Assembly: GCF_028641065.1 (NCBI RefSeq)
Contig: NC_073383.1
Location: 52,390,001-52,454,000 of the forward strand
DNA length: 64,000 bases
Direction: 5' to 3'
DNA from: Leucoraja erinacea
Taxonomy: Eukaryota
Of this stretch, positions 23,201 through 37,455 are shown piece after piece. Below the pieces are notes generated by a model, which saw only the letters and a program-made list of their open reading frames with translations, made no database searches and was not told the origin of the DNA. Numbering within the stretch: position 1 is the first letter of the stretch; every line of letters begins with the position of its first letter. The position numbers were made by a program, and so were the translations under genes.

Positions 23201-26200
23201 TTCACGGTTACCTAAGAAAGTAAATACACTGAAGTACTTAAACAACTATCGCTTTATAACCTGTTCCTGCAGTTGCTTTGTATCCTTCTGTGCAGTTCCA
23301 GTGTTTGTGGGCTTGAGATTCTCATCACCCTAAGAATTAAAAAAAATCTTCTTCCACTACCCTCTGAGCCTTTTGGCCCTTTCCCTAAACCTATGCTCTT
23401 TAGCTTTAGATAATTCTGCTATGGGGGAAAATGTCCTTTTATTCATCCTATATGTTCACATCATAATTTAGTATACATCTTTTGGCTTTTTCTACTGCAT
23501 GGGAAACAAACTCTGTCTATCCAGTCTCTCAACTGAAATGCTCCATCCCAAGTAACATCTTGATGAATCTCTTATGTACACTATGGTGTAATTGCATCCT
23601 TCCTGTCGTGTGGATTTCAAAACTACATAGTACTCCAGCTATGGCCTATCCAGTGTAAAGTTACACCTTTACTTTCCTTGGTCTTGTATTTTATTCCCTT
23701 GAAAGTATCCCATATGCTTTCTTCATTTCTTATCAGTAGAGCCAGGATTTTGCCATAAATGCCATGTGCCTTTTCATGCCTTTTTTGATGATTTCTGGAT
23801 GATAATGCCCTTTTCACGATTGAATGCCTAAATCAGCCTTTTTGTACTATTTTAATGTAACTTACAAGACAATTTATAGCACGGGGGCGAAACCCGGCTG
23901 TAAGTGGGTGTTAAGTGGTGATTGGAAAGGGGTGCTTGGGAAAGGGTCCAGTCTTTGCAGACTGGAGTCATGCTTTAAGTCGGTGTGAAGTGGTGATTGG
24001 GGAGGAGTATGTGGGGAAGGATCTAGTCTTTTCAAATTGGAGTCAAGCTGTGAGTAGGTGTGAAGTGTTGGTTGGGGATGGGATGTGGGGTACCAGGGTT
24101 AAGTTTCTGTTTATCGAACCTGCAGTAGAACTCGTTCAGGTAATTGGTCAGCTGACGATTGCCCAAGGAGCGGGGGAGTTTCCTCTTGTAGCTTGTGATT
24201 TCTTGCAAGCCCTTCCACACTGAAGAAGAATCATTTGCTGATAACTTGCTCCTCAACATCTCAGAGTACCTTTCCTTGGCAGCTCTGATTCCTCTTCTCA
24301 GCTTGTACTTGGCCTGCATGTAGAGATCTGCATCCCCGCTCCTGTAGGATCTACCCTTGCAAGCTTCAACATGCCTAAAGTCAAGTCAACGCCTTGTAAA
24401 AAACTGAACAATTTGGTGAGAGTGTACGGGAGTGATATATTATCTACAGACAACTGTGCAGTTTTGCAAAGCATGTGAGAAAGCAGTGAATCATGAGAAG
24501 AAATATTTCATCTCCCAGCATGTACAGACAACTAAACACAAGTCGACGGCAGAAAAAGGTAGTTGCAATGCACAAGATAACAGCATGAATGTAGAGTTTG
24601 TAGCTTGTTTCAGGAATGCACCCGTGACCTCAGCTGGGGTAGAAATAAGTTTTTCACAACTGAAGTCTATTCTGTCTGACAGACGGCATAGTTTAACACC
24701 AGATAATTTGAAAAAAATGCTAGTATGCAATCAGGCAATATTGTGGTATACCTTTATAATTATCATTTTTACCCATATTTTGGTGGTGGAAATACATGCC
24801 TTTTTATGCCTTTTTTTGTTGTCAATAAATGCCTTTAATGTCTTTTTTGTAATTTTATTTTGCCTTTTTGCCTGCCTATTTCAGAGATTTTTAGCGCCTA
24901 AACATCCTGGCTCTACTTATCAGCATGTACTACCACCTACAGGGATTCTTGGACTTGTACGCCAGGTCCCTTTGTCTTTCAATATGCCCTCAGCCCTGCC
25001 ATTCATTGTGTATATCCTACTTTTACTAGTCCTGCCATTTCACCTGCTATTGGCTTTGCCCATCTTATCAACCGATCAAAGTCGCCTTGTGACCTAGAGG
25101 TCTCTTCCTCTCTCTCTGCAACACTACTGATTTTCATCTCTTCATACTAATCACACCTACTACATTCATGTATATTCATGTTTCAAGGTTTCAATCACGA
25201 ATAAACAACCGACTACCACTGCCTCCTGTTGCCAAGACTATTTTGTATCCAGTTGCACTATTTGCTGTTTTCTCAGTTTTCCAAAATGAAATGGAAGAAT
25301 AGTCTGATCTGATTTTAAGTTCTTTTTTTTCCCCCACTTGGAGACATTAGATAATTTTTATTTGTCCAGCTTTTCTCTTGCCCTCACAGAAGATATAAAG
25401 GCCATTAGATAGAAGATAGACACAAAAAGCTGGAGTAACTCAGCAGGACAGGAGAAGGAATGGGTGATGTTTCAGGTTGAGACCCCTTTTCAGTCTATCT
25501 TTGGTTTAAACCAGCATCTGCAGTTCCTTCTTGCATATAGACACCATTATTTTCCCAAATTGACGAGGCCTTGATTCTACCAAATCTGTGTGTGTGGGGG
25601 GGGGGGGGGGGTTGTCAGTTCCATTTGTCTTTTTATCAGTGTTTTGATTTTAGACTTAAGTCTTGTTATTTCAAGTCATTACAAGTCTATCAGTAACTGA
25701 AAAAGGTATAGGATAAACCTCCTCCTTACTAATAACCTTGGTGTAGCATCGTCCTTTAGGGGCATCTGGAAGCTATTTGGCCATCCCGCAACTATTGGTC
25801 TTAAATTTGAACACAGACTAAGTTAAATAAAAGCTATTGCTCTGTTAAAAGCTGTTGTTAGTGTAGAACCACCAGATGGCCAATAAATAGCATCCACTTT
25901 ATTCTTAAATAACAACTAAAACTCCAGGCACACAAGTAAATAATAGAAAAAGAGCAGGATGATGATGGATAGGATGGTAAAAGCAACACACAAGAATTAG
26001 CAGGAGTAGGCTGCTTGGCTCCTCCAGCCTTCTCTGCCATTCAATAGCATCATGACAGATTTTTTCCTCCAAGCCTCATCTCCTTTTCACTGCCAGTTCC
26101 CCAATTGCCTTTAATTCTCTGACCTTTCATTAAAATGTATGTTCATCTTTTTTAACCCTCCTTCTCCCTCCCAAGAATCTAGCCTTCACAATTCTCGGAG

Positions 26201-29200
26201 GTTGATAATTCAAAAGTTCTGCCACACTGTTGTTTTAAAGGACTACCCACCAATCTTGCTAATACAACCCCTTATTCAAGGTTCTCCTATCAGTGGAAAA
26301 CATCTGCTCTAGCATGCCCCCTAATGGTCATTGGCCAGTTGAGCTGATTTCAAGATTACTCTCTTTTTCCCCAAAATCTCTCCATTATCTCAATCTTTTC
26401 CTTCACCATATTTCATCCGTTCTTATGTTATCTGCACTTTTCTTGTCCCAGCATCCTGCATGCCTCTAACCTTTTAATTATTACATTACTGATAACCCTA
26501 ACCTTTACACCAAGGGGGTATATGCAGTGGGCATCCAGTGAAAGCAGTGGAGACAGGTACAATTATAAAGTTTAAAAGCTGCTCAGATGAGTTCATGGAT
26601 AGAAAAGGCTTTGAGGGTCTCATGCCAAATGGGATTGGTTTGGATATTCACTTTGGTCAGCTGGGATGTTTTGGGCCAAATGGCCCATTTCCTTGCTCTG
26701 AATCTATGATCTTAAGCTCTGGAATTCCATACCTAAGCCCCTCTGCTTAATTTAAAACACTCCTCAAATTTTACCTGCTTTTTGTAAATTTGTAATTATT
26801 TGTACTAATTTCCCTCATGACAGTGTTAAATCTTGATAAATCTTTTGTGAAGCACACTACAGCTTTTCACTATTAGCAATGCTGTATAAATGTGTTGATC
26901 ACATGATCATTAGTTAAATTCTTCTGTATTCACAGGATGTTTATAAACCACAACGCAAGTATAAACGTTTGGCTGGTGCTGGAGAGTTAGTGGATGAAGA
27001 ATCCAGAGTCCATTCTACCCTTCTGGAATTCGGCCGGTATGGTTTGTGATATTGATATTTTTAAATAGTAATAGCTTTGTTTTGCTATGTTTTAATTAGA
27101 TTTATTAGCAGTTAAATTGATCTTTGCATATAAAGTGGTTGTAATTCCAGTTTACCATTATCCATTGCTAATTTCAGCTCCTCTGTCATTTTCTATAGTT
27201 TGAAAGACGCTGTTAAGCTTTATTAATATTGACTTTACAGTCTGAATAACTTTTACGGACCATTCTTTTGAGCTGATTATTATGCAACTTCAACACATTT
27301 TATACATCCAATGTATATTACTATTCAACTTCCACAGTGACATGAGGGAGTTACTCTTTGTTGCAGCTTGGGTATGAAGAGACTTCTTGCGTACCCTAGA
27401 TGTTTTTCTTTAATAGTTTCCTCTTCCTGGATCGGTTTGCAAATTTGCATCACTGCTCATTTTGGATTAGATAGCTGTTGCTGGTGTGCTTAGTCTTGCT
27501 GTTAGCATTTGCAAATTTATAAGCAATAAACAAATGATCTATTGCCTGTAATCAATAAGGCAATATCATATTTTTCCGCAATGGAAAGTTTTTGAAAGTA
27601 AAACAAGTTTTCAAAATATTGTCTCCACTGGGTACTATAAGTCATTGGCCAATAAATACTTGGGGTTTTTTTTAACTGCAGTGGCTGTTGTTAGGTAATT
27701 ATATGTGGTAGTTAATGCAGCAAAGACTTCTGCATTCCAAAGGGAGAAAAACTTTCCTTATTCAGAGCAAATTATTGATTGAGAAATCAATCCCAAAAAC
27801 AATTAGATGTGCTCATTAGTAATGGTTGATGCAAAAGAGCACAATCTTACACTGGGAGAATTCTGTATTTGTTAGTGCCAGAAATTGGCTGACAATAGAC
27901 AATAGGTGCAGGAGTAGGTCATTCGGCCCTTCAAGCCAGCACCGCCATTCAATGTGGTCATGGCTGATCATCCCCATCAGTACCCCGTTCCTGCCTTCTC
28001 CCCAGATCCTCTGACTCCGCTATCCTAATGAGCCCTATCTAATTATCTTTTGAAAGTATCCAGAGAACCGGCATTCTGAGGCAGAGAATTCCACAGACTC
28101 ACAACTCTCTGTGAAAACGTTTTTTTTCGGGTTTTTTTTTTAAAGTACCAATACAGGTGCACAACCTTTTATCCGGAGTTCCGGAAACCGAAAAACTCCG
28201 AAAACCGGTCATTTTTTCCAGGATGTCGTCTGCACGCCAAAGCTCGCGTTTGGCGCCAAACTTGACCCGAAACGACCCACGGTCAACCCAGGTCTGTACT
28301 ACTGTAGCGGCTGCCTCCTCCCCGGAGACCGGGGAGACACTTAAACATCTGTAAATCATTGCTTAAATGTTAGTCAGTTAGTTTGGAGGGCTTTTATGTG
28401 AAGGGGGGGGGTGAAGGGGTAAACTTTAATTCTTAGTCCCCTACCTGGTCGGAGAGGCGGGGAGCGGTCAATGCCTTACCGGGTCGCCATGCAGTAAGCT
28501 CCGCAGCGCTGGGGCTGCGGGCATCCGGCCTCGGGCGGCGCCGGTTGTAGCTCCGACCCAGGCAACTCTACCCCTGGCTGCGAGGCGCTCCAAATCCACC
28601 GCCGCTCGCGGCCGGACGCCCGCAGCCCCAGCTCCGCGAATGTTGGGAGTCGGCGGCGTCGCAGCGCTGGGATACCAGCGGGAAGCAGGCAATGCCTTAC
28701 CGGGTCGCCATGCGGTAAGCTCCAGAGCGCTGTGGCCGCCGACTCCCAACATTCGCGGAGCTGGGGCTGCGGGCGTCCGGCCGCGGGCGGCGTTGGATTT
28801 GGAGCGCCTCGCAGCCAGGGGTAGAGTTGCCGGGGTCGGAGCTCCAACCGGCGCCGCCCGCGGCCGGACGGAGCCCCCAGCTCCGCGATGTTGGGAGTCG
28901 CCGACCAGGTAGGGGACTAAGAATCAAAGTTTCCCCCTTTTCACCCCCCCACCACCACCACCATATAAAATCCCTCCAAACTAACTAACTAACATTTATG
29001 CAATGATTTACAATGATTCCCCGGTCTCCGAGGAGGAGGCAGCCGCTCCAGACTTTTCAAGCCGCCCGCGCTACCTTCCTAATCTACGCTAAAAATCTTC
29101 CATTCGGAAATCCGAAAATGTCCGAAATCCGACAAGTGTCTGGTCCCAAGGCTTTCGGATAAAAGGTTGTGCACCTGTACCGCATAAACAATCATCTAAT

Positions 29201-32200
29201 TATGCTCCTTTTCTTCAAGAAACTAATTTTAATTCACTTAAATGGATGAAATTAGATCACAAATAAAACTTGGCTTTCCAGACCTTAATTTTTAGTAATA
29301 CACAGGTGATCGCAGAAATAATCTGCTATCTCAATGCCGGATATTTTATCTAAAATAATATTTTCTTCAATTGTCAAGTTTGTCTTTGACAGATGGTTGG
29401 TAGATAACTAAATTATTGCATTAATGGAGCTTGCTACACAAAGTAAGACCATCAAGGCTAGTCCCAGTTTTACAACGTTCTGGATTATCTAAAGTTTGTT
29501 CCATTTTTATTTAAAATCCAGTTTTATTTAAACTTTTACAACTTTTTAGAAGTTGTCTCAGATTTAGCCTTCATTACTCGCTACTTGAGAATTATATCGG
29601 ATGATAATCCTGATGTTTCAAACCTTTTAATGTAAGAAGTTGTTTGCAATACAACTTAACCCCAAGGCTTTATCAGATGTATTCTATTTCATATGAGATC
29701 TTAGCGTATGTTTGAAGTTTTTGGAAATGAAGCGGAGCAAATGACTGAACTGTCAGAGGGAGCCCTTTAGAACCAGTGACTATAATTCTATTAGTTATAG
29801 AGAATAGTTGTAGAGAAATATAGAACTGTCATTGATGTTGAGAGAAGTTAGCCAATGCTAAAAGTGCTGGAGGTAAATAACGGACAAACTAGAAGATAAA
29901 TTAACTAAATCCTGAGTTGGAAAGCAAAAGAGAAACTGTAAACCACCTGTACAATCCAAGAAAGAATTGCCCTATGACAATATGAGAACACAATATATTT
30001 TTTGTCATTGAGTATCCTTTTAAGCAAGCTTTATCTTATTGCCATTCCACCATTGTTCAAAATTTAATTTAAGGCACTGGCTAATACCTCCACTCATGAC
30101 AAAATTTGTCTAATTTTACACAACTTGTTTTCTTTCAGAATATTGTTATGGTGGGGATTTGGCAAAGACATCCCATTATTTTGGGCTGGCTTTATGCAAG
30201 TGTCATAGGGTTTATCAACAGAATTGGCTTTATTGCCTCATTTCGCCATTGTTTCTAATTATTAGTTAGCCTGTAACTGTTTGCACTATATAAATAACAT
30301 GACTAAACTATGTCATGCACTTAATTTGCATGTTACAACCCAGTTTCAATTGTAACAATATAACAGTTGGTTATTTATTTTGTGTTCATTTTGACATGAT
30401 CACAAAAATTGCTCCAATTAAAAGACTGGTATTAACATGGAATGCTGGATATTTCTGGTTCATTCTGCATTTGTGGCATGAAAGCCAAAAGTTATTTTAC
30501 CTGAATTATTCTGTAGAATTACAAAGTCAGTAATAGTGTACATTCAGTACTGAACTCATGAATTCACTCCGAGCGAATGTAAATGAAATAGTGAATGGCA
30601 AACAGGCTGAATCTCCTTTATCCAAAGGATTTTGCCTGTGGTATAGTTTTAATTGTTTGCTTCAAGGTGTTAAAATTGTCAGCATGATTAGCTTCATGGA
30701 AGAGATATAACCAAAAACTGCATGTAAACCTGGTTCACAGCTAATGTAAATTAAAAATTATTAACATTAGGTGTTTCTTCGCAAGACTTTTTATAGTAAC
30801 TTATTAACAGCAGATGTTTAGATATTTTCTTTCCTTGCCACTGCCTTTCTCTTTTTATTTCCATATTACTGATCTTAATGACTTTCAAATCTTTCAATTA
30901 CTTACAATTTATTCTTCCTGTTTTATGTTAAAACTTTATTTTCTCACTCCTTTTGTTGTTTTCTGACATTCTTCATTTTCATTAGCTTCCCTGATTCCCT
31001 CATGTAAGTATTTAGTATTAATTTTCATTTCAAAGCATGCACTTTTAAACCTCATTGCTAGTTTTCAAATTTAGTATTGATTTCTTAATTATTGGTAATT
31101 TAAGATAGTTGTGAATAAAATTCACAATAGGTAATGGGAACATACTCAGTTACCAGCTAGAAGAGTAAACACTGGGAATTGTTTTTATTTTATATGCATA
31201 GTAAAATTTAAGGAACTGAAAGGCAATTTTATAATTGGAGCCCTAGATGACTAAGAATGTGGTTACTAAGGGTGCAAATGGAGCAATATAAAGCTCATGG
31301 AAAGTTGTTAAGTAAATGTAGGCTATTCAACCCTTCAAATCTGCTCCATTATGACTGACTTTCTACCTGATCAAATTTGAATTTATCCCAGTTTCCCTTG
31401 CTCTCAAAAGATATTTGTCTGAATACACTCAATGATTGAGCATCCACAGTTTTCTGAGTAAACTGTTCCAAAATTCATTCAATTTTGCTCAATCTATCTG
31501 TTAAACAGTTTTCTGTGACCATGTTGTTGAATCTTTAGCCAAGTGGAATGACCCACATATAGACTAGTCTCACGAGAATCCTGTATAATTGAGCTAGATA
31601 TCTTGTGTGGTTTGCATCGGTTCTCCTTCATTGGATCAGTTCATTACCCAATGTCCACACTGTAGCACAGCCCACTGGGGCTCATGCAAATTTTGTCACC
31701 TGCTACCCCTCCACCCAGCTCTACAATTCATAGTGTTGTCACAATAAGCTGTTACTTATCTCTACTGAGTCTCATTGAGTATCCTTTTAAGCAAGCTTTA
31801 TCTTATTGCCATTCCACCATTGTTCAAAATTTAATTTAAGGCACTGGCTAATACCTCCACTCATGACAAAATTTGTCTAATTTTACACAACTTGTTTTCT
31901 TTCAGAATATTGTTATGGTGGGGATTTGGCAAAGACATCCCATTATTTTGGGCTGACTTTATGCAAGTGTCATAGGGTTTATCAACAGAATTGGCTTTAT
32001 TGCCTCATTTCGCCATTGTTTCTAATTATTAGTTAGCCTGTAACTGTTCGCACTATGTAAATAACATGACTAAACTATGTCATGCACTTAATTTGCATGT
32101 TACAACCCAGTTTCAATTGTAACAATATAACAGTTGGTTATTTATTTTGTGTTCATTTTGACATGATCACAAAAATTGCTCCAATTAAAAGACTGGTATT

Positions 32201-35200
32201 AACATGGAATGCTGGATATTTCTGGTTCATTCTGCATTTGTGGCATGAAAGCCAAAAGTTATTTTACCTGAATTATTCTGTAGAATTACAAAGTCAGTAA
32301 TAGTGTACATTCAGTACTGAACTCATGAATTCACTCCGAGCGAATGTAAATGAAATAGTGAATGGTAAACAGGCTGAATCTCCTTTATCCAAAGGATTTT
32401 GGCTGTGGTATAGTTTTAATTGTTTGCTTCATGGTGTTAAAATTGTCAGCATGATTAGCTTCATGGAAGAGATATAACCAAAAACTGCATGTAAACCTGG
32501 TTCACAGCTAATGTAAATTAAAAATTATTAACATTAGGTGTTTCTTCGCAAGACTTTTTATAGTAACTTATTAACAGCAGATGTTTAGATATTTTCTTTC
32601 CTTGCCACTGCCTTTCTCTTTTTATTTCCATATTACTGATCTTAATGACTTCCAAATCTTTCAATTACTTACAATTTATTCTTCCTGTTTTATGTTAAAA
32701 CTTTATTTTCTCACTCCTTTTGTTGTTTTCTGACATTCTTCATTTTCATTAGCTTCCCTGATTCCCTCATGTAAGTATTTAGTATTAATTTTCATTTCAA
32801 AGCATGCACTTTTAAACCTCATTGCTAGTTTTCAAATTTAGTATTGATTTCTTAATTATTGGTAATTTAAGTTAGTTGTGAATAAAATTCACAATAGGTA
32901 ATGGGAACATACTCAGTTACCAGCTAGAAGAGTAAACACTGGGAATTGTTTTTATTTTATATGCATAGTAGAATTTAAGGAACTGAAAGGCAATTTTATA
33001 ATTGGAGCCCTAGATGACTAAGAATGTGGTTACTAAGGGTGCAAATGGAGCAATATAAAGCTCATGGAAAGTTAAGTAAATGTAGGCTATTCAACCCTTC
33101 AAATCTGCTCCATTATGACTGACTTTCTACCTGATCAAATTTGAATTTATCCCAGTTTCCCTTGCTCTCAAAAGATATTTGTCTGAATACACTCAATGAT
33201 TGAGCATCCACAGTTTTCTGAGTAAACTGTTCCAAAATTCATTCAATTTTGCTCAATCTATCTGTTAAACAGTTTTCTGTGACCATGTTGTTGAATCTTT
33301 AGCCAAGTGGAATGGCCCACATATAGACTACAGTCTCACGAGAATCCTGTATAATTGAGCTAGATATCTTGTGTGGTTTGCATCAATTCTCCTTCATTGG
33401 ATCAGTTCATTACCCAATGTCCACACTGTAGCACAGCCCACTGGGGCTCATGCAAATTTTGTCACCTGCTACCCCTCCACCCAGCTCTACAATTCATAGT
33501 GTTGTCACAATAAGCTGTTACTTATCTCTACTGAGTCTGAGAACTTTATTCTGCTTATTACAACATCAATTTGGCGAACAAGTTGTTTCAAATGTGGTTA
33601 GATGCAGAATGTGGTGACGGCTAAATTGACACTTGAATATGATGTTAATTATGAAGAGGTGGTACATTAATTCTATGTTACAATTATTGCAGTGTGCTTT
33701 TGATCAGTTGATAAACATGTGTATGCTTGAGTATTAATTGTTTTCTCCTCCACTCTCCCCAAACCTCTCTTTCTGCAGGAAGTACGGTTTCAGCAAGCAA
33801 TCTAAAACTGAAACGGTAAGAATTTAGCATAAATCTAATTTACTCTAGTTTTTATTTCATCTTTGGAGACAAGAGGCTGCAGATGCTGGAATCTTGAGCA
33901 ATGTACAAAGTGGTGGAATAACATAGCAGGCCAGGTAGTATCTTCTGTGGTGGGCAATGGAATAAACCATTTTGGGTCAGGATCCTTCTTTAGGTGGATC
34001 AAGTAGAAGGGTCATGTCCCAAAAGTCATCTACCCATTTACCTCCACCCGTGCTGCTTGACCTGCTGAGTTACTCCACCACCTTTGCTCGTCATAGCATT
34101 GCTCTGTATAAACTGCTAATTTGGATTTATTGGTTAATGTTTTGAGTCTTGGATCAATGAATATACTCATGATAATACAGCCAAAATCAACTCTAATTCC
34201 ATCTACAAGTTTTTAGATGACATCACTTTGGTGTGCTGAATAGCAAACAATGACACGGCAAAGTAAGGAAGGAGAACTTAGTGACATGGTGCCAGGACAA
34301 TAACATCTCCCTCAATGTCAACAAGACGAATGAGCTAGGTATTGACTTCAGGAAGCATGGTGGAGTATATGCCCCAATCCTTATAAATGATGCGGAAGTG
34401 GAAATGGTGGAGAGCTTCAAGTTCCTTGGCTTTAATATTACCAATAATCTGTCGTGGACCAACCACATTGGTGCGAAAGCCAAGAATGCACACCACACCT
34501 ATGTTCCTGAGGAGACTGAGGAAATTTGGCACATCTCCAGTGACTCTTACGTATTTGTACAGATGCACCATAGAAAGGATACTGTCGGGTTGCATCACAG
34601 CTCAGTTTGGGAACTGTTCTTTCCAAGACTGCAAGAAATTGCAGAGAAATTGCAGGGAGTTGAAGATATAGCCCAATCCATTACACAGGCCAAGACTTCC
34701 TAATATTTACTCAATCTACATTTTGCTGGCACGGAAAAGCAGCAGACGTGTCCGATCCTGGTCATTCCTCTTTCTCCCTGCTTCTGTCCAGGAGAAGTTA
34801 GAGAAGCTTGACAGCGCACACCACCAGACTCTGAAACCGCTTCTTCCCCTCTGTTATCAAACTTCTGAACGATCCCTCCGTAAACTAGGGTACTGTTCGA
34901 TTCACCTCTACCCCATTGAGGACATTGGTCTTAATCTAAAGAACTCGCGCTACAATGCTGAGAATTATATTCTGCACTCTGTATCTTCCCCATTGCTGTA
35001 TCTATTATACTTTAGTTTGAACTAATTGTATCTATGTATGGTGTATCTGGCCTGTTTGAATAGCATGCAAAGCAAAGTTTGCACTGTACCCTAGTACATG
35101 TAACAATAATTAACCTAAACCTGAAATTAATAAGTATTACAACTAGAGGTTCTTGAAAATCTGTGTTAATTTATGCTCATTACCATAGAATATTGGGTAC

Positions 35201-37402
35201 AATAATTAATTATGATGTTAGTGATGTACCTTTATAAAACATTTTAGAGATGTTGTTTCTTATTATTCACCATTTCCTCTTTGTATTAAATGTTCACATT
35301 TGTTCAAACGTGTTACATGTAAAAGTGTGTTAGCACCCCAAAACCTGGATGGCATTCTAGTGCTTCGCTGTTGTTACAGTAATTTTGAAGAAATTTGTGG
35401 TAATCTACATAATTTTTTATTTTTCAACATGGGATTACAGACTGAAGACAAAAAAGGCATCTTGCCAACAGGGTTGGCAGCTGAAATTACTAAACTCTCT
35501 GAAGATGATCTGGAGGCTGCTGAAGAGGTAGATAACAACACGTTCAATTTTATAATGAGAGATCCTGAAATATTTACCTTTTTCTGTTTGTATATTATAT
35601 TGCTCCGCAACTTGTGGGATGCCAGTTCAAAGTGTGGGCCATTGGCTTTCCAATTTGCATATATTTCAGGTTACTAATCCTAAAATATTTTTTAAATGGG
35701 GAGCAGTTTAGGAATATTTCTTTAAAAAGCCAATATTATGAGAGAATAGAATTTGGATGAAATTATTTCCTTTTTAAACCTTGAACTGTGCAATTAAAAT
35801 ATAGTACATCAGGACTTGAGGTACATCCTGGAATTTGTTGACTAGCCTTTGAGAAGGATATTGACATAAGCAAATTAGAATTGCCCATAGTCAATGTAAA
35901 TTGACAGCTTGTAATGAGTAGGCAGTGTCAAAATAAAATTTATTTTAGAACCATTAATTATAACTGAAATCTTTCATCCGTTTTTGACCTAAATGATGAA
36001 GAAGAAAATGTCTAGCTGCGTAAAACCATAATGTTCTCAAGATGAGAAGAAAATTCCTGAATGAATCTTAGAACAATAACTTTTGAAATATAATATTATG
36101 GAAGATATTGAACTTTGACTTAAACACTCACATTGTATCTCCTGATGTATGATATTAACATTCTACTGCAGCAAGTTGTTCAGCAAACTACTACAACTGC
36201 AAATTCAATCTAGGTTTGCAACAGCATTGCAGCTACCCAACTCAGTTATTTGGTTGCATGTGCACAATTCTTTGTACATTGCCACTGCAGCTAAAAATTA
36301 AATAATTATTTTTATAGATGTGGGGCTTGCTTTTAATTATTGCTATAGTTGCAGTTCTTTTGGAAGCAGAGGAAATAAATAATGATATGTGTGGAAAATA
36401 TATGGATATATGAAAGCTGAGTGTGGAAGTGATGCTTGCTTTACAGTTTATAGGAATTTAATCGTATTACAACCCTGGCCAGACTATTACCTACCAAAAT
36501 GTGTTAATCCTGGCTAAAATAGAGCAGCCATAGCACCAAAATTTAGTAAAGGACTCGTGTATTGTTAGGCCATTTTGGACAAGTCTGATGTGCTCTGCAG
36601 AAATAAGACAAGCTTCTGAATGATGCCAGTAACTCGGGGCCCAGATCAGTGTTGCATATTCAATTGACAGAAAGAATGGGATTTCTGCAGAGGACCTCCA
36701 AGGAAGTGTAAAATGCATGAAGTTGATTGGATTAATGCAAACTAAGTGTACATATTGTAAATTATGTTGCTAGACAGTTACCCTGTTGTTTGTTGATTGG
36801 CCAAAGTGTTGAGCCCCTGGCAGGATTGTTTGGATTCCAGGGTTAAATACAATACAATACCGTTTATTTGTCATTTGAACCTCACATGAAGTTCAAACGA
36901 AATTTGGTTTCTGCAGTCATACAACCAGAAAAGAACCAAGACACACCAACACAATCCACACATACATCCATCACAGCGAATCTCCTCACTGTGATGGAAG
37001 GCAGTGTTGCATTATTCAAGTTAGCTTCTTCTGGAAGCTTCTCCTGCAACAATGTAAGGGAGATTTTGTTATTGGTCTGGGAAACTGTCAATAATGTATT
37101 GTTGTAATTAATATGTTTTATTGGATTGTAAATAGACCACCCTTCTGTAGTTCGGCCCCTCAAGGTTCGGGGACCTATAAAAGGCAGCCCCCACAAGGTC
37201 CTTTGTCGATCTTCTGGAAGAGCGCTTGGGACTGCGTAACCTTTTGGAGTGTTTCTGCTTGCACGAGGCTGAAGGGCTTGGCTAGGCAGATACAAAGATC
37301 GAACCCGTGGTGGTTTAGGTATTGTATAGAGGAATTTGTTGTGCATTCCAAAAATGAAGATTAGTTGTTCCAGCGGTTAAATCAGTGTTTTATTGACTGA
37401 AC

Positions 37403-37455
<53 letters not shown>

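Noticed and set aside
30315-32300. Duplicated 72-aa ORF as a small gene
   Set aside because: No recognisable motifs; identity is explained by the tandem duplication.
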